Source of the DNA: Octopus sinensis
Taxonomy: Eukaryota
Assembly: GCF_006345805.1 (NCBI RefSeq)
Contig: NC_043013.1
Location: forward strand, 37,944,001-38,008,000
Length of the DNA stretch: 64,000 nucleotides
Direction of reading: 5' to 3'
Positions 39,456 through 52,619 of this stretch are shown here, piece after piece. The position numbers and the translations under genes were made by a program. Position 1 is the first letter of the stretch. Each line of letters starts with the position of its first letter. The notes under the pieces were generated by a model. The model was not told the DNA's origin. It did not search any database and was given only the letters and a program-made list of their open reading frames with translations.

Positions 39456-39888
39456 TATTTAAAGAAATAGAACAAGCTAGAAAATAACTTGTTTCAAAAT
39501 CTCGAGTAAGGATATTGTAGTAGAAGGCTACTGTTACAATGTCAGCCATCACAGGCCAGCTGGCTACAGTTGACACACGGCTAAATATCATCAACTGCAA
39601 CAAACCTAGGTATTTTCAGCCAACCGATGGAGCCGTTGTTACATTAAATTATATATCAATTTATTTTGATAAAGTGGGCACATTCACTAATGTTGCAATG
39701 CATATCTCTAAAACAGGATCGTTACAGTTGGAACGTTTTTGATTATATGTAAATCTAATGAATAGATGATTCACCTGGTACTAAAACCAACAAACTAACC
39801 GTAAGGCCTTTTTGACCAATGGAAAGTAAAACAATGTAGAATATATATATATATATATACATACAAGCATATTTATATATAACTTTAC

Positions 39889-39947
<59 letters not shown>

Positions 39948-40159
39948 GTATATATATATGTGTATATATATATATACATAGAGAGAGAGAGAGAAAGAGA
40001 GAGGTGAAATAGCTATATATAATATATATACATATGTATACGCATATATACATACATACATGTATCAAGTACCCATTTACGTATCGTACTTAATGTATAT
40101 ATATATATATATGACGTATGTATATACACACACACACACACCACACACACACACATATG

Positions 40160-40222
<63 letters not shown>

Positions 40223-40559
40223 TATTCACCGTTAAAAGGCCAGTTACTGTAGTATTTCTGCTGAGATAATATTTTTTATGAACTGACTGAGTTAAAAACA
40301 CAATACGTATATGACAGGGGTGACAGTTCGTTCAGGCAGTGGCCAGTAAGGGGACCAAATATATTTCGGCCATTTTTTAGGCCTGTGAATATTCACCGCT
40401 GAAAATGTCTCTCCAAAAAACCGAACTGCATGTTTACATATTATTCTCTCTAAATCTCTAAAATAAAGAATCTCTCGAGAATTAAGAGTATTCTTTTGTG
40501 TATGTCTTTTTCTATAAGAATTGTATAGATTTGTGTCTATGTTTAGAAATTATGTATTA

Positions 40560-40970
40560 TCTGTATATATAAAAGGCAGGATGTGGGTGTGCGTGAACGT
40601 AATTTATGCACGTCCACAAATTAGCACGCATGTCGCTCCAATTTTAGGAGGACATTCGTCATGATCCTAGTTGTATTTTCGTCCTTATTTTTACCTGAGA
40701 CACCAGCGAATAGCAGTAAAAATAAATTTTCAACCAAAACTTTTAGCAATTTTCAAGTCGGAGAAATCACCATTGTTTGCAAACAGGTGTTAAGTCTCCT
40801 TCTAGTGACGAGTAAGTTTTTGTAAAGACTTTCGTCATTTTTCCATCGAGGAAAAAAGTGTTTTGTTGATATACGGGCAACACACACACACACGAACATA
40901 TAAGCGTACAAAAAACATGTATGCAATAGGTGTACGTACGTACGTGTGTGTATGTGTGTATGTGTGTTGC

Positions 40971-41013
<43 letters not shown>

Positions 41014-41133
41014 AATTTCAACGGATTTCGCCCCAATTTGACGCCGATGTTATTTAGCTTGGTTTGAAATAAAGAACTTGATTAACTTAATAATCCTAAT
41101 TTAATCCCGGGCAAAGCCGTGTTATACCTCTAG
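40560..41133 (+). mobile_element. Non-autonomous Helitron (~570 bp)
   Basis: A|TCTGTATATATAAAAGGCAG 5' end; imperfect hairpin cccgggcaaagccgtg, then CTAG|T at 41130-41134. Confidence 0.75.
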
Positions 41134-41154
41134 TTTATTAAATGAAGTTAAAGA

Positions 41155-41369
41155 CAGTAATCCTTTGCCATATCGCGGTTCACTTAACGCGGTTTATTAT
41201 TTACGCAGAATTCGATTCCAACGTGGCGTAGTTTTTCAGTTATAATAAAATAAATATATGCAAATTATAAAAATAACAAAACAAAATATACAGTACAGTA
41301 CTCCGCGAATTTTCAGCTATCGCGGTGGGTTTTTGAAACGTAATACCCGCGGTAGTCAAGGGATTACTG
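41155..41369. mobile_element. Tigger/pogo-like MITE
   Basis: TIRs cagtaatcctttg / caagggattactg-ta; homologous to 23380-23599. Confidence 0.75.
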
Positions 41370-42885
41370 TAATATGATCCGCAGTTTAGATTGTCTTGGG
41401 GGATGAAAGTTTGACTCCTATGGCTGTTTGTTGACAAGATTTTCCGCCTTCTAAGGGTAATATTGCACAATTTTTCTGCTGTTTTAACGGCGATACAGCG
41501 TTCGAAACAATCACTCTCTTGTCCGTATCGTACAATACACAATCGGCGCTTCTAAAAAAACGAATGTAATTTGTTTTACATACACACGTGGTTGTCATAT
41601 TTTATAACATATTTCTTGATGAGTTTTATAAAACTGTACTATAATTTATAATGCATTTTTCTTTTTCGTTCTCTCTCTCTCTCTCTCTCCCCTTCTCTCT
41701 CTCTTTCTCTATCTAACTCACTCACTCACTCACTATCTCTCTCTCTAACTCCATCTATCTCTCTAACTCTCACTGTCTCTCTCTAACTCCCTCTCCCTCT
41801 CTCTCTCTCCCTCTCATATGTCTGTATACCTGTATTGCATTTACCGGATTTACACACTGTATTATCACCATAGTGCAATTTAGTTCTGTTTTTCTTTGGT
41901 CTGTATATGTTTTAATTAAACACCTATTCATAACGTAGATATATAAGCAAAACAATAAAATATATTAAAATAAATACAACTACTAATTTTTATTTAATCA
42001 TATAATTTGTAGTATGTGCTTTGTTAAAGGCATATAAACTAATACATCTGTGAAAAGAATATTAATTTTGTATATTTGTTTGTATTTTTAATATTTACTT
42101 CAGCTTCATTACAAGAACCACCATTGTTTTTGAGATGGGACAAAATGCTTTGAATTTCTTCCGGAACTCGACGTAAAGACAAAATGGACGACAGCAGGAG
42201 TCGAAAAGAAAACATAAACAATCGTTATTATATATGAGGTGTATTATGACGGGTACTGTACCATGTGCGCTGTACTATACCCTGCTAATTAAATGAAAAT
42301 GTTTAATATTCTTATTAAAGAATGTGGTTAATGAAATCACTTGTTCAACTTATTTATGTATTATTTTTACCTTCTTTCTGTTATTTATTTACTTATAAAC
42401 ATATTTAGCTAATTCTTTAATTAATGCAATATCGCTAATAGAAACGACTAAAACGTACTAAGCGGTGAGGTGAAAGCAGAATTTTTTTTCTTCTTTTTTT
42501 GTCAGTAGTTGCTTTCGCAACAACTCAAATAATTCAAATACTTTAAATAATAAGGTTGGGATATGGTAGTTTTTATATTCTTATATATTAATCAGTTGAA
42601 AGGAAGAGACAGAAGAGAGCCAAAAATAATATGATGTTACGATGTAAGTAGATTCGTAACTGAGAGTTTTATAGATATCAGGCAAACATGAAGGCTGTTA
42701 GATAAAGGCAGAGATAATGAAAGTGACATACGTACATACATACAGACAGAGGGACAGACAGACAGACGGACAAACAAACAGACAGACAGATAGTTAGATA
42801 GATAGATAGATTGATAGATAGATCGATTGATAGATAGATCGATTGATAGATAGATAGATAGATGGTTGGAGAGAGAGATAGATAG

Positions 42886-42981
<96 letters not shown>

Positions 42982-43259
42982 GTGTTTGGAGAGATAGATA
43001 AAATGACAGATAGATAGTTTGAAATTCCCTATGTAGCTATATAAAGCATGTATGTATGCCGGTAAGTATGTATGTTTGTATATATATATATATATATGTG
43101 TGTATGTGTGTGTGTGTTGTGTGTATGTATGTATGTATGTATGTATACATATATATACGTAAATATGTATGTATATATATATCACATATATATATACACA
43201 TACACACAAACATTCTATTTATATATGTGTGTGTGTGTGTACGTGTGTGTTTCTGTTAT

Positions 43260-43301
<42 letters not shown>

Positions 43302-43519
43302 CCATTTATATATGCGGTCAAACGTTAATTTTATGTTGAATTTTAGATTTATCACTTTTAGTTTAGGTGATTTGGTATTCTCTTATGTGTTATTTACTTT
43401 TTGCTTGAAACAGTAAAGTTGCTAGGTCCATCAACGTTTCGAGATATAAACTCTGAGATAAAAAGAAATAACAAATATACCACCTGCATTTACACTAATA
43501 TCTCTAATACATGGCATGA

Positions 43520-44220
43520 TTACTTGGAGAGAAAGCAAATGTCCACAATGAAATAAAATGTCGGCAATGAAATCACTACCTAGAAAAAAACATTTAGATT
43601 CTCCTCCTCCGCAAGCACTACACAAAGAAATCTGCAAAATAAAACAAATAGTAATCGTCAACGGGTAAAAATCAACAAGCTTGTAGATCAAGCTATAGAA
43701 CAATATAGAAACAAATTAAACGCAGTAAATACATCAGACACTACACCTATTAAAAAGAAACAAACCACACATTAAAATGTAGTAAATGAATCAAATACAT
43801 ACGAGCTATAGAATAGATGAAGATGCTATAAAAACACAAAAAAACATCCCATAAATCGAAACACAAAACGCAATGCAGGCACTCATAAAATAATACAAAT
43901 AGCAAACTACAAAAAAAAACAAGCTATCGATAACGAGACACAAGCCTGCAAGCCCACAAACATACATACTAATCTCCAATGTAATTTACAAATTTGATTA
44001 GAAACGTAAAAGTTGTAAACTTCAGTAACCTAAATGTTACATTGGCCAAACAAGTTCAACATTCTCCCGCCGGCTCACTATGCATTTACAACACGATACG
44101 ATAATAACACTGCACCACATCACAGAACATAAAATAAAACTTGATTGGAAAACATTAGTAAGCAACGCATCCATCTAATACAGAATTCTCCATAAAAAAA
44201 ATAAATGATTAATGATGCAA
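43520..44220 (+). mobile_element. Decayed Penelope-like element: RT C-terminal region plus GIY-YIG endonuclease
   Basis: ESKCPQ*NKMSAMKSL (43531), ALHKEICKIKQIVIVNG (43615-43665); one frame from 43978 reads NVIYKFD*..CYIGQTSSTFSRRLTMHLQH (VIY..YIG..R..H GIY-YIG signature). Confidence 0.8.
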
Positions 44221-44579
44221 ACGATACTAATAGCACAGCACAGTGCTTAAAATCCACGCGCTGGTAGCACACACGCACTTTATACAATTGATTGCTACTT
44301 CCTTAATGGAGAAAGAAAACGCTCAACGATCAACAATTCAGCTCTAAGCAGTAATATCACCTGCCCAAATATGTATTTTATTGTGTCTGCCTACTACACA
44401 TTAGAAGTTACACGTCAACAAAAACTGCTTCACCGAGTAGGGAAGACCGTATGGATCTATAAGCCTTGGTATGCTTATTATCTTTACTGCTTTAAACTAT
44501 AGACAAGACATACCTAAATATAAAAAAAACAGTGAGTAAAGAGATCAAATTAAAAGATAGCAGCTCAGTTCTGGCTATG

Positions 44580-45010
44580 TAGTAAAACGTTTCCTTCCTA
44601 ACCACTTTTCCCAGTTCAGACCCACTACGTCACACATAGGCCAAGTGCCTTGTATTATGTCCCCGGACTGAGCAAACTCTTCTCAGTGGTTTTGGTAGAC
44701 GGAAACTGAAAGAAGCCCGTCGTACATGTGTGAGTGTGTGTGTGTTTGTGTGCGTGAATGTGTGTGCACGTGCGTGTGTAGATGCGTGTGTATGCGTGTG
44801 CGTATCATTGTGTCTGTGTTTTCCGTCTACTAACGCTTGATAGCCCATAGTTGTGCGTTTACGTCCCCGTAAACTAGCAGTTCGTTAAAAGAGGCTGATG
44901 GAATAATTACCAGGCTTTAGAAAATTAAGTATTGATGTCGATACGTTCGACTAAGATTCTTTAAGACAGTGCTCCAGCGTGGTCGTAGTCTAATGACTGA
45001 GAAAAACTAA
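44580..45010 (+). mobile_element. Degenerate family B SINE
   Basis: aaccacttttcccagttcagacccactacg..ggccaagtgccttgtattat..tttggtagacggaaactgaaagaagcccgtcg..gtctaatgactgag. Confidence 0.8.
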
Positions 45011-45294
45011 ATGACCAAAGATAGATAGTCATGATTTTACAATACCACAAGTAATGTGTGTGAACTTATGTATATATTTCTGTATGTGAAAATACCTATA
45101 TTTTTATGAACAGATCTGTTTTCTTTTGCATTCTATATACACTAAGGGGTCTATCCAACTACAGAGTTATTGAAACTTGGATTGTCATATGAGATTGCCT
45201 TACGAGGTGCCCCTTTTTAAAATATACAGGTACACATATGGACACCTGTAAATTTACTGGATTTATGTCAAATTATGAAACCACTACATATATA

Positions 45295-45362
45295 CTAGCA
45301 GAAATATGCGGCATTGCTCGGGATTAAAATGGCATAGTTTGTATATATATATATATATATAT

Positions 45363-45403
<41 letters not shown>

Positions 45404-45890
45404 AGTTATGTTCAAATAGGTGAATGGTAAAGTGCAGCATTGACAAAACTTTTGTGGAATAAATTTTAAAACTTACAGAAACGACAATTTGGACATACTT
45501 AAAATGTTTATAAGAGTGGGATCATATCTGAATATTTCTTTTATTTTCTCCGAATTATTTTTTTATGGATCATATTTGAACGTAGCTCCAAGAGTTGTGA
45601 AAACGAATGTGTACGTGGTCTGTTTTTGAGGGCTATTCTATTGAACTTCTGTGTAATCTGGCCTCGTAAACGCTGTTTTAATGATTCAGTATTAAGTGTT
45701 GTAGCATGCCTTTGCTGATCTTGGGTAAGTTTCATCTCCCTTCTCTCTTGAGACTCCATCAAACTTGCTACAGCATGCCTTTGCTTATCTTGAGAAAGTC
45801 TCATCTCCCTTCTGTCCTGAGACTCTGTTCGACGTTTAAGAATGTATTGGGGACAGATGGTGGGGTTACGAACACACACACATATACACA
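45295..45890 (-). mobile_element. Helitron remnant with STPR-like 23-aa repeats
   Basis: Minus-strand 3' end tcccgagcaatgccgcatatttctgCTAG|T, similar to the 36760 end. A 69-bp tandem repeat at 45688-45825 encodes ESQDRREMRLSQDKQRHAVASLM / ESQERREMKLTQDQQRHATTLNT / ES.. Confidence 0.65.
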
Positions 45891-45987
45891 CGCCTCCGCA
45901 AGTACACTACTATACACGCATACATGACAGTGTTCTTTCAGTTTTTGTATATGAAATCCACACACAAAGGCTTTGGTGGGTCAGGGG

Positions 45988-46047
<60 letters not shown>

Positions 46048-46137
46048 GATATTAGGGAGTAAATCCAAAATTACAGGGAAAAATTAGATTTAGGATTAAA
46101 TCTAATATTATAGTATAAATATATATATATATATATT

Positions 46138-47135
46138 ATATAAAATTAGAGATAAATCCACTATTAGGCAAATCAAACAGTGAAAATCATAAACCAATAC
46201 ATAGAAATAAAATTAATTAATAAAAAATATATAAAATATAAAATTCAAAATTTCAAATGTTTAAATGAAGGTTAAAATTTTAAAAATTATCTAAATTAAT
46301 AATTTATACTTATAAATTTTTAAATATATATATATATATATATATTATTATTATTATTATTATTATTTAATTTATTTATTAATTTAAAAAATATATATAA
46401 CTATCGAAAAGTATTAAAATTTTAATATAAGATAAAGAGTAAAACCACTACGATCGTTTCATGCCCATTAACCGATTCGAATAACAATAATTTAAATTCA
46501 ATTAATAATTCGAATTATGGTTATAGTCAATCTTCAGGTTAATTATAATATATAAATAAATAATCAGACATATTTAAACAATATTTTTTAAGAAATAAAT
46601 AAAATAATAATTTTTCTTATAAAAATCTCTATTATCAAACTAGAAGCTTAACGATCATAATTATGTCATACAATCGATTATAATGTGAAATATTAATTTT
46701 TAATTTTTAAGTATTAATTTTTAAGGTAAGAAACCCACAAATAATCTAATATCAGTTATAGTCAATATCTAATTACATAAATATTTTACAAAAAAAATGA
46801 CTATTCATATTATCAAATATATAATATTTGAATAATATATAAATTATCAATGAAAATATATAAATATATATAAATATTAGAATTAAGATCTAAAATTATC
46901 TCTATAAATAAATTTATATGCACGTATAATAAAGACCTAATAAATTAATTATTCATTATAAGCATAAATTATTAATTTAAATAATTTTTTAAATTTTAAC
47001 TTTAATTTAAATATTTTAAATTTTGAATTTTATATTTTATATATTTTTTATTAATAAATTTTATTTCTATGTATTGGTTTATGATTTTCACTGTTTGATT
47101 TGCCTAATAGTGGTTTTTTTCTCTAATTTAATATA
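46138..47135. mobile_element. ~1-kb extremely AT-rich fold-back element with ~155-bp terminal inverted repeats
   Basis: 46138-46295 is the reverse complement of ~46981-47135 (ccactattaggcaaatcaaacagtgaaaatcataaaccaatacatagaaa); related partial copy at 61265-61440. Confidence 0.85.
46441..46544 (-). ncRNA. Hammerhead-like motif, intact core, long AU-rich stem II, weak stem I
   Basis: CUGAAGA (46537-46531), hairpin UGACUAUAACC..UUCGAAU..AUUCGAA..GGUUAAUGGGCA, then GAAA-CGAUCG-UA-GUGG. Confidence 0.55.
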
Positions 47136-47187
47136 ATTTAATATAGTACAAGTGTACTTGACGTGCAAGTGTACTTGTAAACATTAA

Positions 47188-47320
47188 CCGATTCGGCAGG
47201 TATTTCTAGCAAGTCCTGCTACCACTGAACAGATATTTGCGAATAGCTGTTACGTGGTAGCAGCGCATGCTACACTAACCCATACCAGTGTGCGCAGTAA
47301 AGAATCTGATTAAAAACAAT
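47188..47320 (+). pseudogene. Possible hAT transposase C-terminal dimerisation-domain remnant
   Basis: PIRQVFLASPATTEQIFANS.. resembles LA..YL..PATS..SER.FS; LIKNN follows after a frameshift. Confidence 0.3.
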
Positions 47321-49094
47321 CAAGAATTTGCAAACGTTATAGTCGGGCCCCTTGCCTCATTAATAATATCTGATACAAATTATAGCCCCTTGTATCGCCC
47401 GATATGTTTTCCGTATTTTTTTTTTGTTCTTTGTTTTATTTTAGTATAAAATATTTAAAAATAGATGAATCTTCGTAATTTTTGTATACTTCATTTATTT
47501 TGGATATATTTCCCATTTTCGTAATATTTTTTAGAAACTAGGCATCATTTTCTTGGCGAGGTGCGCTTCTAGAGAAACGCCGAAGGTTGTACACGTAACG
47601 TTGCATAGACGTGGTGGGTTCAAATCCTAGGCGACTTGAGAGTAGTCTATTTGTGCTGAGGGCGCGGAATTTCGAGTAAAAATTATAAGAAAATGCGTTT
47701 TAAATCAAAGAGAGCACACGCGTCAAATTTGGTGAAATTCGGTTGAAAATTGTAGGAATAAAAATGGTTCACACAACAGACAGACGGACAACTTGCCTTT
47801 TAATGTATCAGATAGATATATAGACAGACAGACAATTTTCTGTCTCGTCTGTGGTAACGAGATTAATGTCCTGAAAACATTCTTTTTTCACAAAGTCGCT
47901 AGACACGATCTTGCTGCCTTCCATTTTGCAATTATCTGACAAGTGTACTTAAAAATCATCTATGAAAACCGAGATTCTTTGAAGTAAAGGCGTTTAATTA
48001 CATAATACTGATTTCAACGCCGGGTGAAGTGAAAGCTAAATTGCTATAAAAACAAAAAGGAAAGGAAAAAAGTTCTCACGGATATTTGATTAAATAATTA
48101 CGATATCAATATCAAACCGTTGTTAATAGTCGCTGGCTAATTGCTAATTTCTCACTTGGACTTAAGCCCATATAGTTCGGTTGAGGACAAAGCCTCTGAG
48201 ATTCATCGGGTACTTCCCTGGTGCTAATTAATTGACCTAGAAGGAGGAATGGCAAAGTTGATCTCGGCAAAAATGGAGCTCAGTATGAACATGCAAGTAA
48301 CCAAATACGGCGTAATATTGAATACTTAAACTGTCGAAATTTTTATCCCGTTGTGCCCTTTTCTGGATAGATAATTAAAGAGAAATAATCAAAACCGCAA
48401 AACGCTAGAAATATTTTACTCGAAAAAGCAATGACCTATTGGATGATTTGGAGATTTAAGAATATCTTGTTTTTAAGGTAACAAAATATTAGAATATAAT
48501 TAGGTAATTAGATACTGAGATACACCATAATTAATGCTAGCATAAGTTGAACATTCACTGACATTTTGGATTAACTCGTAACGCATACTCGAGAAATAAC
48601 ATCTTAATAACATTTTTTAATGCGTGTACAAGCATTCTATTAAATGTAGTTTGGCTTTTCGTGCGGATTTTTGAACGAAAGAGTCACTGCAAATAAGCGG
48701 TATCAAATCATTGCAGTCAATTGCCAGATGGCAAAACGTCCAAAAGGCCCTGCCAATCCGTTTTCACGAAAAAGAAACACTAAACAAACTGAAAAGTAAG
48801 AGTACATACGAGATCATAACAATAAAGTGACACGATCGAATAATAAGATTAAAGATATTCTCCTTTATAAACAAAATACTGTCCTTGAGAAACTGATATT
48901 CTTTGACAACAGCATGTGACCCACCTTGACCAACAGCAGCTTATTTTTCAGCAGCCATATTGGACTTCCCCTATCTATCCATTCGGAAATCGAAAGCCTG
49001 AAAAAGACGGGCTTTTGTTAGAGAGCTGCGAAACTTTAAGTGGTGTGGAACGAAATCGAACTGGTTTAAGTAACACACACACGCACGAGCACGC

Positions 49095-49430
49095 ACACAC
49101 GCATAGTGGTTAGAGCGTCGACCTTACGATTGTGGGGTTGTGAGTTCAATTCCCGGACCGAGCTGCGTGTTGCGTTCTTGAGCAAGACACTTTATTTCAC
49201 GTTGCTCCAGTTAACTCAGCTGTAGAAATGAGTTGCGGCATCACTAATGCCAAGCTGTATCGGCTCCTTTGCCTTTCCCTTGGATAAAACCTGTGGTGTG
49301 GAGAGGGGAGGCTGGAATGCATGGGCGAGTGCTCGCCTTCCACAAACAACCTTGCCTGGACTTGTGCCTCAGAGAGCAACCTTCTAGGTGCAATCCCATG
49401 GTCATTCATTACCGAAGGTGGTCTCCTCAT
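49095..49430 (+). mobile_element. tRNA-derived SINE, family E
   Basis: tagtggttagagcgtcgac..gtgagttcaattcccggacc..ttgagcaagacactttatttcacgttgctccag; tail ggtgcaatcccatggtcattc. Confidence 0.75.
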
Positions 49431-49654
49431 ATGTACTAGTTACTAGAAAAACGAAAGAGAAAGACATTCAACGCATTTAGCTGGAATTACATACGTTAAC
49501 CTTAAAATAGTTTAATTCAGCTCGATAAGAATTCAACTTTCATAGGCTTCTTAGAGAAGCCAAGCTCATTCAGGCTCACATAACTGAATGTATGCATGTG
49601 TGGGTATGTGTGAGAATGTGTGAATATGTGTGTGTGTATGTGTCTATATATGTA

Positions 49655-49885
49655 TGGCGGCGAGCTGGCAGAAACGTTAGCGCGCTGGGCGAAATGCTTA
49701 GCGGTATTTCGTCTGTTGTTACGTTCTGAGTTCGAATTCCACCGAGGTTGACTTTGTCTTTCATCCTTTCGGGGTCGATAAATAAAGTACCAGTTTCGCA
49801 CTGGAGTCGATGTAATCGAGTTAATCCTTTTGTCTGTCCTTGTTTGTCCCCTCTATGTTTAGCCCCTTGTGGGTAGTAAAGAAAT
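49655..49885 (+). mobile_element. Family A SINE (one unit, long tail)
   Basis: ggcggcgagctggcagaaacgttagcgcgctgggcgaaatgcttagcgg...ccttgtgggtagtaaagaaata. Confidence 0.9.
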
Positions 49886-50289
49886 ATATATATGTATGTA
49901 TGCATACATGTATCTATTTGCATATATATATATATGTGTGTGTGTGTACGTGTGCGTGTTGCATGCGTGCGTGTTTGTGTGTTTATGTAGTGTGTGTCCT
50001 TCAGTTTTAGGGGCTTTAACGTCTGATAGCATCGTAAGTTACTCGGAGTATTTTTGGAAAATTAAACCTGGTTGCGTCAATATCTTTTCAACCACAGTAT
50101 TAGTTCGGTATTTTGCTCATCGACCTGGAAAAGAGATACGAAATTTTGCATCGGCAGGATTTGAACTCAGTGTGCAAAGTGAAGAAAACAACAACACAAA
50201 GTGTCTATCCGAATCTCTACCAATCCTCTAAACCATCGATAATAATAGGCATATAAATGTAATCTCTGTAAATGTGTGCGCACTTTGTG

Positions 50290-50404
50290 TCAATATAGAG
50301 AGAGGGAGAGAGAGAGAGAGAGATAGACAGATGGACAGACAGACAGACAAACAGAAAGAAAGACAGACAGACAGACAGACAGACAGACAGTCAGAGAGAC
50401 AGAC

Positions 50405-50455
<51 letters not shown>

Positions 50456-50548
50456 ACGACAGAAACACAGAGAGACAGAGAGACAGGGAGGCAGATAGAC
50501 AGAGGCAGGTTGACAGATAGACAGATCTAATAGATAGGTAGACAGATT

Positions 50549-50602
<54 letters not shown>

Positions 50603-50635
50603 CAGATAGATACACAGTTAGATAGATAGATAGAG

Positions 50636-50699
<64 letters not shown>

Positions 50700-50730
50700 T
50701 GATAGATAGATAGACAGATAGATAGACAGT

Positions 50731-50798
<68 letters not shown>

Positions 50799-50815
50799 CA
50801 GATAGATAGATTTCC
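50290..50815. repeat. Long (AGAT)/(AGAC) microsatellite
   Basis: Direct inspection. Confidence 0.95.
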
Positions 50816-51342
50816 GGTAAATAGTCAAGTAAATGTCGTGCCGAATTACTTCCGATTTCGAAATAAAATGAATACCTGATGTAAGCTAAGTAACTCAGCT
50901 ATCACTATCTTCAAGATGATGAAGAGCAGCCGCCTATAACCGTACGAAACAAATGTTATCTGACTCCCGTATCTGATCTTCACCGATGACAGATCTACGC
51001 AATGGCTGCTCGTATTTCATTTTTTATAACTTTGTATGTGTATATAAGATATAATTGTACGTTTGTATTATGTATGAATGTATTATGACTGCAAGCAAAT
51101 CCGTGTGGGGTGATTGTATATACACACAAATATGCATATTTAATATAACTATATGTATGTGTATTTCTGAGTGTTAGCTGTCAGACGAGTACTCGATATC
51201 ACACTTAGAAATTAATAATATTCATGTTTTAGTTGAGTCGATCTTTTGCTACGTGGAATTTAGCCTCTGGGTCCCTAGGACACCCAGACAAGTTATGCCT
51301 CATAACATCCCCGAGATTGTAGCAAGAGACTGTTTTTCAACA

Positions 51343-51375
<33 letters not shown>

Positions 51376-51399
51376 GCGCGCACACACACACGCACACAC

Positions 51400-51560
51400 A
51401 GTCATGGGAGTGGCTGTATAGTAAGATGTTTGCTTACCAACCATGTGGCACCGGTTCAGTCCTACTGAGTGGCAACTTGGGCAAGTGTCGTCTGCTATAG
51501 CCTCGGGCGACCAAAGCCTTGAGTGGTTTGGTAAACAGAAACTGAAAGAAGCCCATTATA
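51400..51560 (+). mobile_element. 5' half of a family B SINE (a 3' half in opposite orientation lies at 51895-52075)
   Basis: gggagtggctgtatagtaagatg..ttgggcaagtgtcgtctgctatagcctcgggcgacc; 51895-52075 has gcggcc-like/ggagcacagcc..ccgctaagttacg. Confidence 0.8.
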
Positions 51561-51752
51561 TATATATATATATATGTATACACACACACACACACACCAC
51601 ACACACACACACACACACCACACACATATATATATATATATATATTAATATATATATATATAGGGAGAATTCACTTAAAAACAAAAGACGAAGACAGGTG
51701 GTGAAGAAAACAAACAGATGTATTAGTATAACCCTCAGGGATTGAAAAAGTA

Positions 51753-51787
51753 TTTTACGTTTCGAGCTTACGCTCTTCTACAGAAAG
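51753..51787 (-). ncRNA. Minimal hammerhead-like motif with variant core CUGUAGA, inside a (TA)n-anchored repeat (51663-~51810)
   Basis: UUU-CUGUAGA-A-GAGC GUAA GCUC-GAAA-CG-UA-AAA: 4-bp stem II with GNRA loop and palindromic ACGU stem III. Confidence 0.5.
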
Positions 51788-52082
51788 GGGAAACAGAAAC
51801 AATTTTTCAAGGCAGTGTTACAGCACGGCCGCAGCCCAATATGTGAAAACGACCATAAGAATATACACATATATATATATTTATATATATATATATCTTT
51901 TACTCATTTACTTGTTTCAGTCATTTGACTGTGGCCATGCTGGAGCACAGCCTTTTACTCAAGCAAATCGACCCTAGAACTTATTTTTTGTAAGCCTAGT
52001 ACTTATACTATCGGTCTCTTTTGCCGAACCGCTAAGTTACGGGGGCGTAAACACACCAACATCGGTTGTCAAGTTCAAACAT

Positions 52083-52161
<79 letters not shown>

Positions 52162-52393
52162 TAAATAAGGGTAGAAATTGATATTAATCAATTAAAATCA
52201 GTGGCGTGCTAACGATTCTGCCAGCTCACCGCCTTTTTGCGTCTACTTATAATGGTTTCAATTTTGGTATATGGTCAGGAATTTTACGGGAGCGTGCTAG
52301 TTGATGACATCGACACCACGTGTTCAACTGGTACTTAATTTATCAACCCTCGAAAGGAGGAAAGGTAAATTTTGCCTCAGCGGAACGCCTACT

Positions 52394-52450
<57 letters not shown>

Positions 52451-52460
52451 TATAATTATA

Positions 52461-52537
<77 letters not shown>

Positions 52538-52619
52538 TAATAATAATAATAATAATAATATAAACAACCGCACGTGAAATTGAAGAATTATTCAATATAG
52601 TCTGAAGTGAGCATTCTCT

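Noticed and set aside
39539-39742. 67-aa non-repetitive ORF
   Set aside because: No recognisable motif or splice context; the length is within chance expectation.
42105-42173. Plus-strand candidate exon (ttcag|..|gtaaag)
   Set aside because: There is no recognisable product, two frames are closed and the third stops at the donor; indistinguishable from chance.
47500-47820. Possible fourth Helitron (minus-strand 5'-like end atctgatacattaaaaggcaa near 47815)
   Set aside because: No matching hairpin-CTAG 3' end was found, so it is not listed as a feature.
50905-50965. AUGAUGA..GAAACAAAUGUU hammerhead-like string
   Set aside because: C3 is missing, stem II is not convincingly paired and stem I is out of register.
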